A stretch of 64,000 nucleotides of DNA. It comes from Nemertoderma westbladi (lineage: Eukaryota > Animalia > Xenacoelomorpha). The stretch is taken from positions 1 to 64,000 of the forward strand of contig JAUCBJ010002449.1 in the NCBI GenBank assembly GCA_032718475.1, in the 5' to 3' direction. A program made the translations under genes and the position numbers. Below, one piece after another: positions 1-13,100 of this stretch. The notes below the pieces were generated by a model. The model saw only the letters and a list, made by a program, of their open reading frames with translations, had not been told where the DNA came from and ran no database searches. Position 1 is the first letter of the stretch. Every line of letters begins with the position of its first letter.

Positions 1-3000
1 GAGATAGCAGAGCGAGATGGAGGTTCGATGGGAATGGGGAGATAGCAGAGCGAGATGGAGGTCCGATGGGAATGGGGAGATAGCAGAGCAAGATGGAGGT
101 TCGATGCGAATGGGGAGATAGCAGAGCGAGACGAACGTCCGATGGGAATGGGGAGATAGCAGATCAAGACGAAGGTCCGATGGGAATGGGGAGATAGCAG
201 AGCGAGATGGAGGTTCGATGGGAATGGGGAGATAGCAGAGCGAGATGGAGGTTCGATGGGAATGGGGAGATAGCAGAGCGAGATGGAGGTTCGATGGGAA
301 TGGGGAGATAGCAGAGCGAGATGGAGGTTCGATGGGAATGGGGAGATAGCAGAGCGAGATGGAGGTCCGATGGGAATGAGGAGATAGCAGAGCGAGACAA
401 AGTTCTGTTGGGAATAGGGAGATAGCAGAGCGAGACGAAGGTCCGATGGGAATGGGGAGATAGCAGAGCGAGATGGAGGTTCGATGGGAATGGGGAGATA
501 GCAGAGCGAGACGAAGGTCCGATGGGAATGGGGAGATAGCAGAGCGAGACAAAGGTCCGATGGGAATGGGGAGATAGCAGAGCGAGATGGAGGTTCGATG
601 GGAATGGGGAGATAGCAGAGCGAGATGGAGGTTCGATGGGAATGGGGAGATAGCAGAGCGAGACAAAGGTCTGATGGGAATGGGGAGATAGCAGAGTGAG
701 ACAAAGGTCCGATGGGAATGGGGAGATAGCAGAGCGAGACGAAGGTCCGATGGGAATGGGGAGATAGCAGAGTGAGACAAAGGTCCGATGGGAATGGGGA
801 GATAGCAGAGCGAGACGAAGGTCCGATGGGAATGGGGAGATAGCAGAGCGAGACAAAGGTCCGATGGGAATGGGGAGATAGCAGAGCGAGATGGAGGTTC
901 GATGGGAATGGGGAGATAGCAGAGTGAGATGGAGGTTCGATGGGAATGGGGAGATAGCAGAGCGAGATGGAGGTTCGATGGGAATGGGGAGATAGCAGAG
1001 CGAGACAAAGGTCCGATGAGAATGGGGAGATAGCAGAGCGAGACGAAGGTCCGATGGGAATGGGGAGATAGCAGAGCGAGATGGAGGTTCGATGGGAATG
1101 GGGAGATAGCAGAGCGAGACAAAGGTCCGATGGGAATGGGGAGATAGCAGAGCGAGACAAAGGTCCGATGGGAATGGGGAGATAGCAGAGCGAGATGGTG
1201 GTTCGATGGGAATGGGGAGATAGCAGAGCGAGATGGAGGTTTGATGGGAATGGGGAGATAGCAGAGCGAGACAAAGGTCCGATGGGAATGGGGAGATAGC
1301 AGAGCGAGACGAAGGTCCAATGGGAATGGGGAGATAGCAGAGCGAGACGAAGGTCCGATGGGAATGGGGAGATAGCAGAGCGAGATGGAGGTTTGATGGG
1401 AATGGGGAGATAGCAGAGCAAGACAAAGGTCCGATGGGAATGGGGAGATAGCAGAGCGAGACGAAGGTCCGATGGGAATGGGGAGATAGCAGAGCGAGAT
1501 GGAGGTTCGATGGGAATGGGGAGATAGCAGAGCGAGATGGAGGTTCGATGGGAATGGGGAGATAGCAGAGCGAGATGGTGGTTCGATGGGAATGGGGGGA
1601 TAGCAGAAGAGGGGGAGGTCCGATGGGAATGAGGAGATAGCAGAGCGAGACAAAGGTCCAATGGGAATGGGGAGATAGCAGAGCGAGATGGAGGTTCGAT
1701 GGGAATGGGGAGATAGCAGAGCGAGATGGAGGTTCGATGGGAATGGGGAGATAGCAGAGCGAGACAAAGGTCCGATGGGAATGGGGAGATAGCAGAGCGA
1801 GATGGAGGTTCGATGGGAATGGGGAGATAGCAAGGCGAGATGGTGGTTCGATGGGAATGGGGAGATAGCAGAGCGAGATGGAGGTTTGATGGGAATGGGG
1901 AGATAGCAGAGCGAGACAAAGGTCCGATGGGAATGGGGAGATAGCAGAGCGAGATGGAGGTTCGATGGGAATGGGGAGATAGCAGAGCGAGATGGAGGTT
2001 CGATGGGAATGGGGAGATAGCAGAGCGAGACAAAGGTCCGATGGGAATGGGGAGATAGCAGAGCAAGACGAAGGTCCGATGGGAATGGGGAGATAGCAGA
2101 GCGAGACAAAGGTCCGATGGGAATGGGGAGATAGCAGAGCGAGACGAAGGTCCGATGGGAATGGGGAGATAGCAGAGCGAGATGAAGGTCCGATGGGAAT
2201 GGGGAGATAGCAGAGCGAGATGGTGGTTCGATGGGAATGGGGAGATAGCAGAGCGAGATGGAGGTTTGATGGGAATGGGGAGATAGCAGAGCGAGACAAA
2301 GGTCCGATGGGAATGGGGAGATAGCAGAGCGAGACGAAGGTCCAATGGGAATGGGGAGATAGCAGAGCGAGACGAAGGTCCGATGGGAATGGGGAGATAG
2401 CAGAGCGAGATGGAGGTTTGATGGGAATGGGGAGATAGCAGAGCAAGACAAAGGTCCGATGGGAATGGGGAGATAGCAGAGCGAGACGAAGGTCCGATGG
2501 GAATGGGGAGATAGCAGAGCGAGATGGAGGTTCGATGGGAATGGGGAGATAGCAGAGCGAGATGGAGGTTCGATGGGAATGGGGAGATAGCAGAGCGAGA
2601 TGGTGGTTCGATGGGAATGGGGGGATAGCAGAAGAGGGGGAGGTCCGATGGGAATGAGGAGATAGCAGAGCGAGACAAAGGTCCAATGGGAATGGGGAGA
2701 TAGCAGAGCGAGATGGAGGTTCGATGGGAATGGGGAGATAGCAGAGCGAGATGGAGGTTCGATGGGAATGGGGAGATAGCAGAGCGAGACAAAGGTCCGA
2801 TGGGAATGGGGAGATAGCAGAGCGAGATGGAGGTTCGATGGGAATGGGGAGATAGCAAGGCGAGATGGTGGTTCGATGGGAATGGGGAGATAGCAGAGCG
2901 AGATGGAGGTTTGATGGGAATGGGGAGATAGCAGAGCGAGACAAAGGTCCGATGGGAATGGGGAGATAGCAGAGCGAGATGGAGGTTCGATGGGAATGGG

Positions 3001-6000
3001 GAGATAGCAGAGCGAGATGGAGGTTCGATGGGAATGGGGAGATAGCAGAGCGAGACAAAGGTCCGATGGGAATGGGGAGATAGCAGAGCAAGACGAAGGT
3101 CCGATGGGAATGGGGAGATAGCAGAGCGAGACAAAGGTCCGATGGGAATGGGGAGATAGCAGAGCGAGACGAAGGTCCGATGGGAATGGGGAGATAGCAG
3201 AGCGAGATGAAGGTCCGATGGGAATGGGGAGATAGCAGAGCGAGACAAAGGTCCGATGGGAATGGGGAGATAGAGGAGCGAGACGGAGGTCTGATGGGAA
3301 TGGGGAGATAGCCGAGCGAGACAAAGGTCCGATGGGAATGGGGAGATAGAGGAGCGAGACGGAGGTCTGATGGGAATGGGGAGATAGCAGAGCGAGACGA
3401 AGGTCCGATGGGAATGGGGAGATAGCAGAGCGAGACGAAGGTCCGATGGGAATGGGGAGATAGCAGAGCGAGATGGAGGTTCGATGGGAATGGGGAGATA
3501 GCAGAGCGAGACGAGGGTCTGTTGGGAATGGGGAGATAGCAGAGCAAGACGAAGGTCCGATGGTATTGGGGAGATAGCAGAGCGAGATGGAGGTTCGATG
3601 GGAATGGGGAGATAGCAGAGCGAGATGGAGGTTCGATGGGAATGGGGAGATAGCAGAGCGAGATGGAGGTTCGATGGGAATGGGGAGATAGCAGAGCGAG
3701 ATGGAGGTTCGATGGGAATGGGGAGATAGCAGAGCGAGATGGAGGTCCGATGGGAATGGGGAGATAGCAGAGCGAGATGGAGGTTCGATGGGAATGGGGA
3801 GATAGCAGAGCGAGATGGAGGTTCGATGGGAATGGGGAGATAGCAGAGCGAGATGGAGGTTCGATGGGAATGGGGAGATAGCAGAGCGAGATGGAGGTTC
3901 GATGGGAATGGGGAGATAGCAGAGCGAGATGGAGGTCCGATGGGAATGGGGAGATAGCAGAGCAAGATGGAGGTTCGATGCGAATGGGGAGATAGCAGAG
4001 CGAGACGAACGTCCGATGGGAATGGGGAGATAGCAGAGCAAGACGAAGGTCCGATGGGAATGGGGAGATAGCAGAGCGAGATGGAGGTTCGATGGGAATG
4101 GGGAGATAGCAGAGCGAGATGGAGGTTCGATGGGAATGGGGAGATAGCAGAGCGAGATGGAGGTTCGATGGGAATGGGGAGATAGCAGAGCGAGATGGAG
4201 GTTCGATGGGAATGGGGAGATAGCAGAGCGAGATGGAGGTCCGATGGGAATGAGGAGATAGCAGAGCGAGACAAAGTTCTGTTGGGAATAGGGAGATAGC
4301 AGAGCGAGACGAAGGTCCGATGGGAATGGGGAGATAGCAGAGCGAGATGGAGGTTCGATGGGAATGGGGAGATAGCAGAGCGAGACGAAGGTCCGATGGG
4401 AATGGGGAGATAGCAGAGCGAGACAAAGGTCCGATGGGAATGGGGAGATAGCAGAGCGAGATGGAGGTTCGATGGGAATGGGGAGATAGCAGAGCGAGAT
4501 GGAGGTTCGATGGGAATGGGGAGATAGCAGAGCGAGACAAAGGTCTGATGGGAATGGGGAGATAGCAGAGTGAGACAAAGGTCCGATGGGAATGGGGAGA
4601 TAGCAGAGCGAGACGAAGGTCCGATGGGAATGGGGAGATAGCAGAGTGAGACAAAGGTCCGATGGGAATGGGGAGATAGCAGAGCGAGACGAAGGTCCGA
4701 TGGGAATGGGGAGATAGCAGAGCGAGACAAAGGTCCGATGGGAATGGGGAGATAGCAGAGCGAGATGGAGGTTCGATGGGAATGGGGAGATAGCAGAGTG
4801 AGATGGAGGTTCGATGGGAATGGGGAGATAGCAGAGCGAGATGGAGGTTCGATGGGAATGGGGAGATAGCAGAGCGAGACAAAGGTCCGATGAGAATGGG
4901 GAGATAGCAGAGCGAGACGAAGGTCCGATGGGAATGGGGAGATAGCAGAGCGAGATGGAGGTTCGATGGGAATGGGGAGATAGCAGAGCGAGACAAAGGT
5001 CCGATGGGAATGGGGAGATAGCAGAGCGAGACAAAGGTCCGATGGGAATGGGGAGATAGCAGAGCGAGATGGTGGTTCGATGGGAATGGGGAGATAGCAG
5101 AGCGAGATGGAGGTTTGATGGGAATGGGGAGATAGCAGAGCAAGACAAAGGTCCGATGGGAATGGGGAGATAGCAGAGCGAGACGAAGGTCCAATGGGAA
5201 TGGGGAGATAGCAGAGCGAGACGAAGGTCCGATGGGAATGGGGAGATAGCAGAGCGAGATGGAGGTTTGATGGGAATGGGGAGATAGCAGAGCGAGACAA
5301 AGGTCCGATGGGAATGGGGAGATAGCAGAGCGAGACGAAGGTCCGATGGGAATGGGGAGATAGCAGAGCGAGATGGAGGTTCGATGGGAATGGGGAGATA
5401 GCAGAGCGAGATGGAGGTTCGATGGGAATGGGGAGATAGCAGAGCGAGATGGTGGTTCGATGGGAATGGGGGGATAGCAGAAGAGGGGGAGGTCCGATGG
5501 GAATGAGGAGATAGCACAGCGAGACAAAGGTCCAATGGGAATGGGGAGATAGCAGAGCGAGATGGAGGTTCGATGGGAATGGGGAGATAGCAGAGCGAGA
5601 TGGAGGTTCGATGGGAATGGGGAGATAGCAGAGCGAGACAAAGGTCCGATGGGAATGGGGAGATAGCAGAGCGAGATGGAGGTTCGATGGGAATGGGGAG
5701 ATAGCAAGGCGAGATGGTGGTTCGATGGGAATGGGGAGATAGCAGAGCGAGATGGAGGTTTGATGGGAATGGGGAGATAGCAGAGCGAGACAAAGGTCCG
5801 ATGGGAATGGGGAGATAGCAGAGCGAGATGGAGGTTCGATGGGAATGGGGAGATAGCAGAGCGAGATGGAGGTTCGATGGGAATGGGGAGATAGCAGAGC
5901 GAGACAAAGGTCCGATGGGAATGGGGAGATAGCAGAGCAAGACGAAGGTCCGATGGGAATGGGGAGATAGCAGAGCGAGACAAAGGTCCGATGGGAATGG

Positions 6001-7680
6001 GGAGATAGCAGAGCGAGACGAAGGTCCGATGGGAATGGGGAGATAGCAGAGCGAGAGGAAGGTCCGATGGGAATGGGGAGATAGCAGAGCGAGACAAAGG
6101 TCCGATGGGAATGGGGAGATAGAGGAGCGAGACGGAGGTCTGATGGGAATGGGGAGATAGCCGAGCGAGACAAAGGTCCGATGGGAATGGGGAGATAGAG
6201 GAGCGAGACGGAGGTCTGATGGGAATGGGGAGATAGCAGAGCGAGACGAAGGTCCGATGGGAATGGGGAGATAGCAGAGCGAGACGAAGGTCCGATGGGA
6301 ATGGGGAGATAGCAGAGCGAGATGGAGGTTCGATGGGAATGGGGAGATAGCAGAGCGAGACGAGGGTCTGTTGGGAATGGGGAGATGGCAGAGCGAGATG
6401 GTGGTCCGATGGGAATAGGGAGATAGCAGAGCGAGATGGAGGTTCGATGGGAATGGGGAGATAGCAGAGCGAGATGGAGGTTCGATGGGGGGAGATAGCA
6501 GAGCGAGACGAAGGTCCGATGGGAATGGGGAGATAGCAGAGCGAGACGAAGGTCCGATGGGAATGGGGAGATAGCAGAGCGAGATGGAGGTTCGATGGGA
6601 ATGGGGAGATAGCAGAGCGAGATGGAGGTTCGATGGGAATGGGGAGATAGCAGAGCGAGATGGAGGTTCGATGGGAATGGGGAGATAGCAGAGCGAGATG
6701 GAGGTTCGATGCGAATGGGGAGATAGCAGAGCGAGACGAGGGTCTGTTGGGAATGGGGAGATGGCAGAGCGAGATGGTGGTCCGATGGGAATAGGGAGAT
6801 AGCAGAGCGAGATGGAGGTTCGATGGGAATGGGGGGATAGCAGAGCGAGACGAAGTTCTGTTGGGAATGGGGAGATAGCAGAGTGAGATGGTGGTCCGAT
6901 GGGAATAGGGAGATAGCAGAGTGAGATGGTGGTCCGATGGGAATAGGGAGATAGCAGAGCGAGATGGAGGTTCGATGGGAATGGGGAGATAGCAGAGCGA
7001 GACGAAGGTCCGATGGGAATGGGGAGATAGCAGAGCGAGACGAAGGTCCGATGGGAATGGGGAGATAGCAGAGCGAGACGAAGGTTCGATGGGAATGGGG
7101 GGATAGCAGAGCGAGACGAAGGTCCGATGGGAATGGGGAGATAGCAGAGCGAGATGGAGGTTCGATGGGAATGGGGAGATAGCAGAGCGAGACAAAGGTC
7201 TGATTGAAATGGGGAAATAGCAGAGCGAGACGAAGGTCCGATGGGAATGGGGAGATAGCAGAGCGAGACGAAGGTTCGATGGGAATGGGGGGATAGCAGA
7301 GCGAGACGGAGGTCTGATGGGAATGGGGAGATAGCAGAGCGAGATGGAGGTTCGATGGGAATGGGGAGATAGCAGAGCGAGATGGAGGTTCGATGGGGGG
7401 AGATAGCAGAGCGAGACGAAGTTCTGTTGGGAATGGGGAGATAGCAGAGCGAGATGGTGGTCCAATGGGAATAGGGAGATAGCAGAGCGAGATGGAGGTT
7501 CGATGGGAATGGGGAGATAGCAGAGCGAGATGGAGGTTCGATGGGGGGAGATAGCAGAGCGAGACGAAGTTCTGTTGGGAATGGGGAGATAGCAGAGCGA
7601 GATGGTGGTCCGATGGGAATATGGAGATAGCAGAGCGAGATGGAGGTTCGATGGGAATGGGGAGATAGCAGAGCGAGACG
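1..7680. repeat. 38-bp minisatellite (GAGATAGCAGAGCGAGATGGAGGTTCGATGGGAATGGG and variants), about 200 copies, truncated by the window start
   Basis: Period of 38 read directly. Variant cores ATGGAGGTTC / ACGAAGGTCC / ACAAAGGTCC. Lies downstream of the donor at 10053, so presumed intronic. Confidence 0.98.
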
Positions 7681-9445
7681 AATTCAGCTGTACTCAATGA
7701 CTAAAAAAGGAAGCCCCGCCACATATTCACTCATGTTAATACTTCATTAATTCAGCTGTACACAATGACTAAACAAGGAAGACACCCCACATATTCACTT
7801 ATGTTAATACTTCATTAATTCAGCTGTACTCAATGACTAAACAAGGAAGACACCCCACATATTCACTCATGTTAATACTTCATTAATTCAGCTGTACTCA
7901 ATGACTAAACAAGGAAGACACCCCACATATTATTCACTCATGTTAATACTTCATTAATTCAGCTGTACACAATGACTAAACAAGGGAGACACCCCACATA
8001 TTCACTCATGTTAATACTTCATTAATTCAGCTGTACACAATGACTGAACAAGGAAGACACCCCACATATTCACTCATGTTAATACTTCATTAATTCAGCT
8101 GTACTCAATGACTAAAAAAGGAAGCCATGCCACATATTCACTTATGTTAATACTTCATTAATTCAGCTGTACTCAATGACTAAACAAGGAAGACACCCCA
8201 CATATTCACTCATGTTAATACTTCATTAATTCAGCTGTACTCAATGACTAAACAAGGAAGACACCCCACATATTATTCACTCATGTTAATACTTCATTAA
8301 TTCAGCTGTACACAATGACTAAACAAGGAAGACACCCCACATATTCACTCATGTTAATACTTCATTAATTCAGCTGTACACAATGACTGAACAAGGAAGA
8401 CACCCCACATATTCACTCATGTTAATACTTCATTTAATTCAGCTGTACTCAATGACTAAAAAAGGAAGCCATGCCACATATTCACTCATGTTAATACTTC
8501 ATTAATTCAGCTGTACACAATGACTAAACAAGGAAGACACCCCATATATTCACTCATGTTAATACTTCATTAATTCAGCTGTACACAATGACTGAACAAG
8601 GAAGACACCCCACATATTCACTCATGTTAATACTTCATTAATTCAGCTGTACACAATGACTAAACAAGGAAGACACCCCATATATTCACTCATGTTAATA
8701 CTTCATTAATTCAGCTAGCTGTACACAATGACTAAACAAGGAAGACACCCCACATATTCACTCATGTTAATACTTCATTAATTCAGCTGTACACAATGAC
8801 TGAACAAGGAAGACACCCCACATATTCACTCATGTTAATACTTCATTTAATTCAGCTGTACTCAATGACTAAAGAGGAAGCCATGCCACATATTCACTCA
8901 TGTTAATACTTCATTAATTCAGCTGTACACAATGACTAAACAAGGAAGACACCCCACATATTCACTCATGTTAATACTTCATTAATTCAGCTGTACACAA
9001 TGACTGAACAAGGAAGACACCCCACATATTCACTCATGTTAATACTTCATTTAATTCAGCTGTACTCAATGACTAAAAAAGGAAGCCATGCCACATATTC
9101 ACTCATGTTAATACTTCATTAATTCAGCTGTACACAATGACTAAACAAGGAAGACACCCCATATATTCACCCATGTTAATACTTCATTAATTCAGCTGTA
9201 CACAATGACTGAACAAGGAAGACACCCCACATATTCACTCATGTTAATACTTCATTTAATTCAGCTGTACTCAATGACTAAAAAAGGAAGCCATGCCACA
9301 TATTCACTCATGTTAATACTTCATTAATTCAGCTGTACACAATGACTAAACAAGGAAGATACCCCACATACTCACTCATGTTAATACTTCATTAATTCAG
9401 CTGTACTCAATGACTAAACAAGGAAGACACCCCACATATTCACTT
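7681..9445. repeat. 68-bp minisatellite, about 26 copies
   Basis: Unit AATTCAGCTGTACWCAATGACTAAACAAGGAAGACACCCCACATATTCACTCATGTTAATACTTCATT. Abuts the 38-bp and 40-bp arrays with no spacer. Confidence 0.97.
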
Positions 9446-10056
9446 ATACTCACCTGTTTCTACCTACAGTTACTGTAACTACTAGATACTCACCTGTTTC
9501 TACCTACAGTTACTGTAACTACTAGATACTCACCTGTTTCTACCTACAGTTACTGTAACTACTAGATACTCACCTGTTTCTACCTACAGTTACTGTAACT
9601 ACTAGATACTCACCTGTTTCTACCTACAGTTACTGTAACTACTAGATACTCACCTGTTTCTACCTACAGTTACTGTAACTACTAGATACTCACCTGTTTC
9701 TACCTACAGTTACTGTAACTACTAGATACTCACCTGTTTCTACCTACAGTTACTGTAACTACTAGATACTCACCTGTTTCTACCTACAGTTACTGTAACT
9801 ACTAGATACTCACCTGTTTCTACCTACAGTTACTGTAACTACTAGATACTCACCTGTTTCTACCTACAGTTACTGTAACTACTAGATACTCACCTGTTTC
9901 TACCTACAGTTACTGTAACTACTAGATACTCACCTGTTTCTACCTACAGTTACTGTAACTACTAGATACTCACCTGTTTCTACCTACAGTTACTGTAACT
10001 ACTAGATACTCACCTGTTTCTACCTACAGTTACTGTAACTACTAGATACTCACCTG
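9446..10056 (-). repeat. 40-bp perfect tandem array containing the 5' splice donor (16 copies of CAG|GTGAGTAT, including the real donor)
   Basis: Minus-strand unit GTGAGTATCTAGTAGTTACAGTAACTGTAGGTAGAAACAG. The outermost copy is the donor of exon 10054-10198. Confidence 0.95.
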
Positions 10057-10198
10057 CTTCTGTTTATAATTACTCCCTCTATGTAGTTTAGCTAGATGAT
10101 ACATGGTGGTGGCGACTAATAGATTCGATTTACCGAAACTGTGTTCCCGGATAGAAAGACAACGGATGTACATCGACTCAGCTCTGCCGATATCCAAA
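10054..10198 (-). CDS. Host gene coding exon 9 (numbered within window), TPR repeat LDIGRAESMYIRCLSIREHSFGKSNLLVATTMYHLAKLH
   Basis: Acceptor ttgttggtttcag|, donor CAG|gtgagt. Phase 2 in, phase 0 out. Kinesin-light-chain/NPHP3-type TPR pattern. Confidence 0.9.
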
Positions 10199-13100
10199 CT
10201 GAAACCAACAAGAAACAGGGCCGCGATAAAGAGAGATTCACTTTGTATTACATCAGTAGTTCTATCCACAATACAAGCCGTGGGAGGCAGTATTAGCAGG
10301 TCAAAATAAAATTGGATAAAATAGATACATAAGTACACATCGGCGTAAACAACAATCCAAAATATGAAATATAAATAATTAGAATAAATTTTCAGTATTT
10401 CAGTGTAGTGTAAAATTTAATCTGCTAAAAGTGAAATTTAACTGAATGATATTTTACTCACTGCGTTGTGTTTTTAGAATGGCTGAGCATTCCTGCGAAA
10501 TCATTAAGAACTTCGGCTACCAGGGGGTGAGACAGACCGTACCACTTCTCGCGCGCCTCTAGCGCCAACTGGAAGTATTTACTCGATTTGTACCAATCCA
10601 TCATCCTAGATCTAATAAAAGCAAAAGTAATATAAATCTCAGACACAGACACCCTGACACAGACACCCGGACACAGACAACCGGACACAGACACCCGGAT
10701 ACAGACACCCGGACACAGACACACGGACACAGACACCCGGACACTGACACCCGGACACAGAGACACCCGGACACAGACACCCGGACACACAGACACCCGG
10801 TCACAAACACCCGGACACAGACACCCTGACACAGACACCCGGACACAGACACGCGGATACAGACACGCGGACACAGACACACGGACACAGACACCCGGAC
10901 ACTGACACCCGGACACAGAGACACCCGGACACAGACACCCGGACACACAGACACCCGGTCACAAACACCCGGACACAGACACCCTGACACAGACACCCGG
11001 ACACAGACACCCGGACACAGACACACGGACACAGACACCCGGACACAGACACCCGGACACACAGACACCCGGACACAAACACCCGGACACAGACACCCTG
11101 ACACAGACACCCGGACACAGACACCCGGACACAGACACACGGACACAGACACCCGGACACAGACACCCGGACACACAGACACCCGGACACAGACACAGAC
11201 ACCCGGACTCAGACACACGGACACAGACACCCGGACACAGACACCCGGACACAGACACACGGACACAGACACCCGGACACACAGACACACGGACACAGAC
11301 ACCCGGACACAGACACCCGGACACAGACACCCGGACACAGACACCCGGACACAGACACACGGACACAGACACCCGGACACAGACACCCGGACACAGAGAC
11401 CCGGATACAGACACACGGACACAGACACCCGGACACAGACACTCGGACACAGACACATGAACACGGACACAGACACACGGACACAGACACTCGGACACAG
11501 ACACACGGACACAGACACCCGGACACAGACACTCGGACACAGACACACGGACACGGACACCCGGACACAGACACACGGTCACAGACACACGGAAACGGAC
11601 ACAGACACCCGGACACAGACACACGGTCACAGACACACGGACACAGACACCCGGACACAGACACCCGGACACAGACACTCGGACACAGACACCCGGACAC
11701 ACGGACACAGACACCCGGACACAGACACCCGGACACAGACACACGGACACAGACACGCGGACACAGACACAGACACCCGGACACAGACACACGGACACAG
11801 ACACCCGAAAAAAGACACCCGGACACAGACACACGGACACACAGACACCCGGACACACAGACACCCGGACACACAGACACCCGGACACAGACACACGGAC
11901 ACAGACACACGGACACAGACACCCGGACACAGACACACGGACACAGACAACCGGACACAGACACACGGATACAGACACCCGGACACACGGACACAGAACC
12001 CGGACACAGACACCCGGACACAGACACAGACACACGGACACAGACACCCGGACAGACACCCGGACACAGACACCCGGACACAGACACACGGACACAAACA
12101 CACGGACACAGACACACGGACACAGACACTCGGACACAGACACCCGGATACAGACACGCGGACACAGACACCCGGACACAGACACCCGGACACAGACACC
12201 CGGACACAGACACCCGGACACAGACACAGACACCCGGACACAGACACCCGGACACAGACACACGGACACAGATACGCGGACACAGACACCCGGACACAGA
12301 CACCCGGACACAGACACACGGACACAGACACCCGGACACAGACACCCGGACACATAGACACAGACACCCGGACACACAGACACAGACACCCGGACACAGA
12401 CACACGGACACAGACACACGGACACAGACACCCGGATACAGACACCTGGACACAGACACACGGACACAGAGACCCGGATACAGACACCCGGACACAGACA
12501 CCCGGACACACAGACACCCGGACACACAGACACCCGGACACAGACACACGGACACAGGCACACGGACACAGACACCCGGACACACACACCCGGACACAGA
12601 CACCCGGACAATGACACACGGACACACAGACACCCGGACACACAGACACACGGACACAGACACCCGGACACAGACACCGGGACACAGACACCCGGACACA
12701 GACACACGGACACAGACACCCGGACACAGACACCCGGACACAGACACACGGACACCCGGACACAGACACGGACACATACACCCTGACACACAGACACCCG
12801 GACACGGACACAGACACCCGGACACAGACACCCGGACACCCGGACACAGACACCCGGACACGGACACAGACACCCGGACACAGACGCCCGGACACACAGA
12901 CACGGACACGACACGGACACAGACACCCATGCAAGTAAAAAACCTAATAAAATAACGGAGTTGCTCTAACCACTAACCGTAATATACCGATATGATAATG
13001 GGCAGTGGCCTTGGCAGGAGTCGACCACGCATTATCCAAACATTCCTGGGCCTTTCGTAGCAAATATTGCGCATCTAAATAACAGCGGGAATGGATCTTC

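Noticed and set aside
164-7465. 2433-aa minus-strand ORF
   Set aside because: Translation of a stop-free 38-bp repeat cycling through all three frames; no domain content, and it lies in a presumed intron.
10601-12955. Multiple Cys/Val-rich and Thr/Asp/His-rich ORFs
   Set aside because: Artefacts of the 14-bp repeat, open in nearly all frames on both strands.
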